Origin: Zootoca vivipara
Taxonomy: Eukaryota
Reading direction: 5' to 3'
Assembly (NCBI RefSeq): GCF_963506605.1
Contig: NC_083285.1
Span: 27,342,001-27,406,000 of the forward strand
DNA length: 64,000 nucleotides
Under the pieces are notes generated by a model. That model was not told the origin of the DNA. It worked only from the letters and a program-made list of their open reading frames with translations, and did not search any database. Positions 63,174 through 64,000 of the stretch are shown in pieces (position 1 is the stretch's first letter; every line of letters begins with the position of its first letter). The position numbers were made by a program, and so were the translations under genes.

Positions 63174-64000
63174 TTATTAGATCCATATTTTCCAGAGTGG
63201 TTTCATTGCACTGAACCTTTTGGGATTTTGTCTATATGCCAACAAAAGGCTTGAGATTGAAAAATTGAAACATTTTGTACACAAACTCGATCAGCACAGA
63301 AACAAGCTCAGGCAACAAACATGGCTCCCCCACCCCCATAATGTTTACTTTGGCCCTGAAAACTTTAAAAGAAAATGGAACGAGTGAAAGTTCCTGAATA
63401 AAACTTGATGTTTGAACTGCTTCACAGGTCATCCTCTGCTCCTCCAGAAACAGCATTTCCTACTTTATTTTCATCTAATCAAATGCAATGTTGCTTATAA
63501 AAATTTTAAGCTAATGGTATAAAGAAATTCAAAGAACAATACAGCAGTCAGAAGTACTTTTGTCAATAAATAAATGATGAGGATCACAATGTTTCAGTTT
63601 CAAGGGGAAACTAAAGATGACTAGAGGCATAGAGATTTAAAAAACCCAAATTTATGCTCCATCATACACATGGCTTTGCAAGTGTCCATACCTCCATGCT
63701 AGGTAGTTACTATCCACACAAACAGAATGCATGTCCTATGTGGCTAGCATGTATTCGGGTTTTTTTCCTCCTTCCTGCTTCAACGCCCACTGCATCTACA
63801 CAGTTTGATTTATGGAATGTGGAATGCAAAATAAGGCTTCTGATAAGATTTCCTCTCTATTAGACCAGTTCATTCCACTACTTTCTGTTAAAAAGTAGCA
63901 CACAAAATGGATGTGCCTCAAATCTATCCAACTGCCGCCATAAGAAGTCAGAGAATGTGTTTCTCGGTGAAAAAAGTTAACAGTATTTGCAACACTAAGT

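Overview
Eukaryotic (vertebrate) DNA, almost certainly a squamate and most likely a lacertid lizard, judged from its repeat families: Sauria SINEs, a Squam3-like SINE, Bov-B, CR1, L2, L1, a Penelope-like element, and many Tc1/mariner-pogo and hAT MITEs. The window is nearly all intron-like and repeat-rich. Only one convincing coding exon is visible: a 133-nt ATG-initiated phase-1 exon on the minus strand (43291-43423, MERFLGFVKQIRRSRRRKGKKYRPEEDYHEGYEDVYYYASEHFP). I recall this peptide as an alternative first exon of GRIP1, but I could not run a search. The other ORFs in the track are transposon fragments or noise. The most interesting sequence-level signals are: (1) a short Penelope-like insertion with an intact minimal hammerhead-ribozyme motif and a 111-bp inverted repeat (55641-56049); (2) an unclassified ~800-bp element holding a cassette of five tandem stem-loops with a compensatory base change, enclosed by a long-range stem (14290-15088); (3) several nested transposon stacks with intact target-site duplications (TSDs). 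Family names come from recall of motifs, not database hits, and coordinates were counted by hand.
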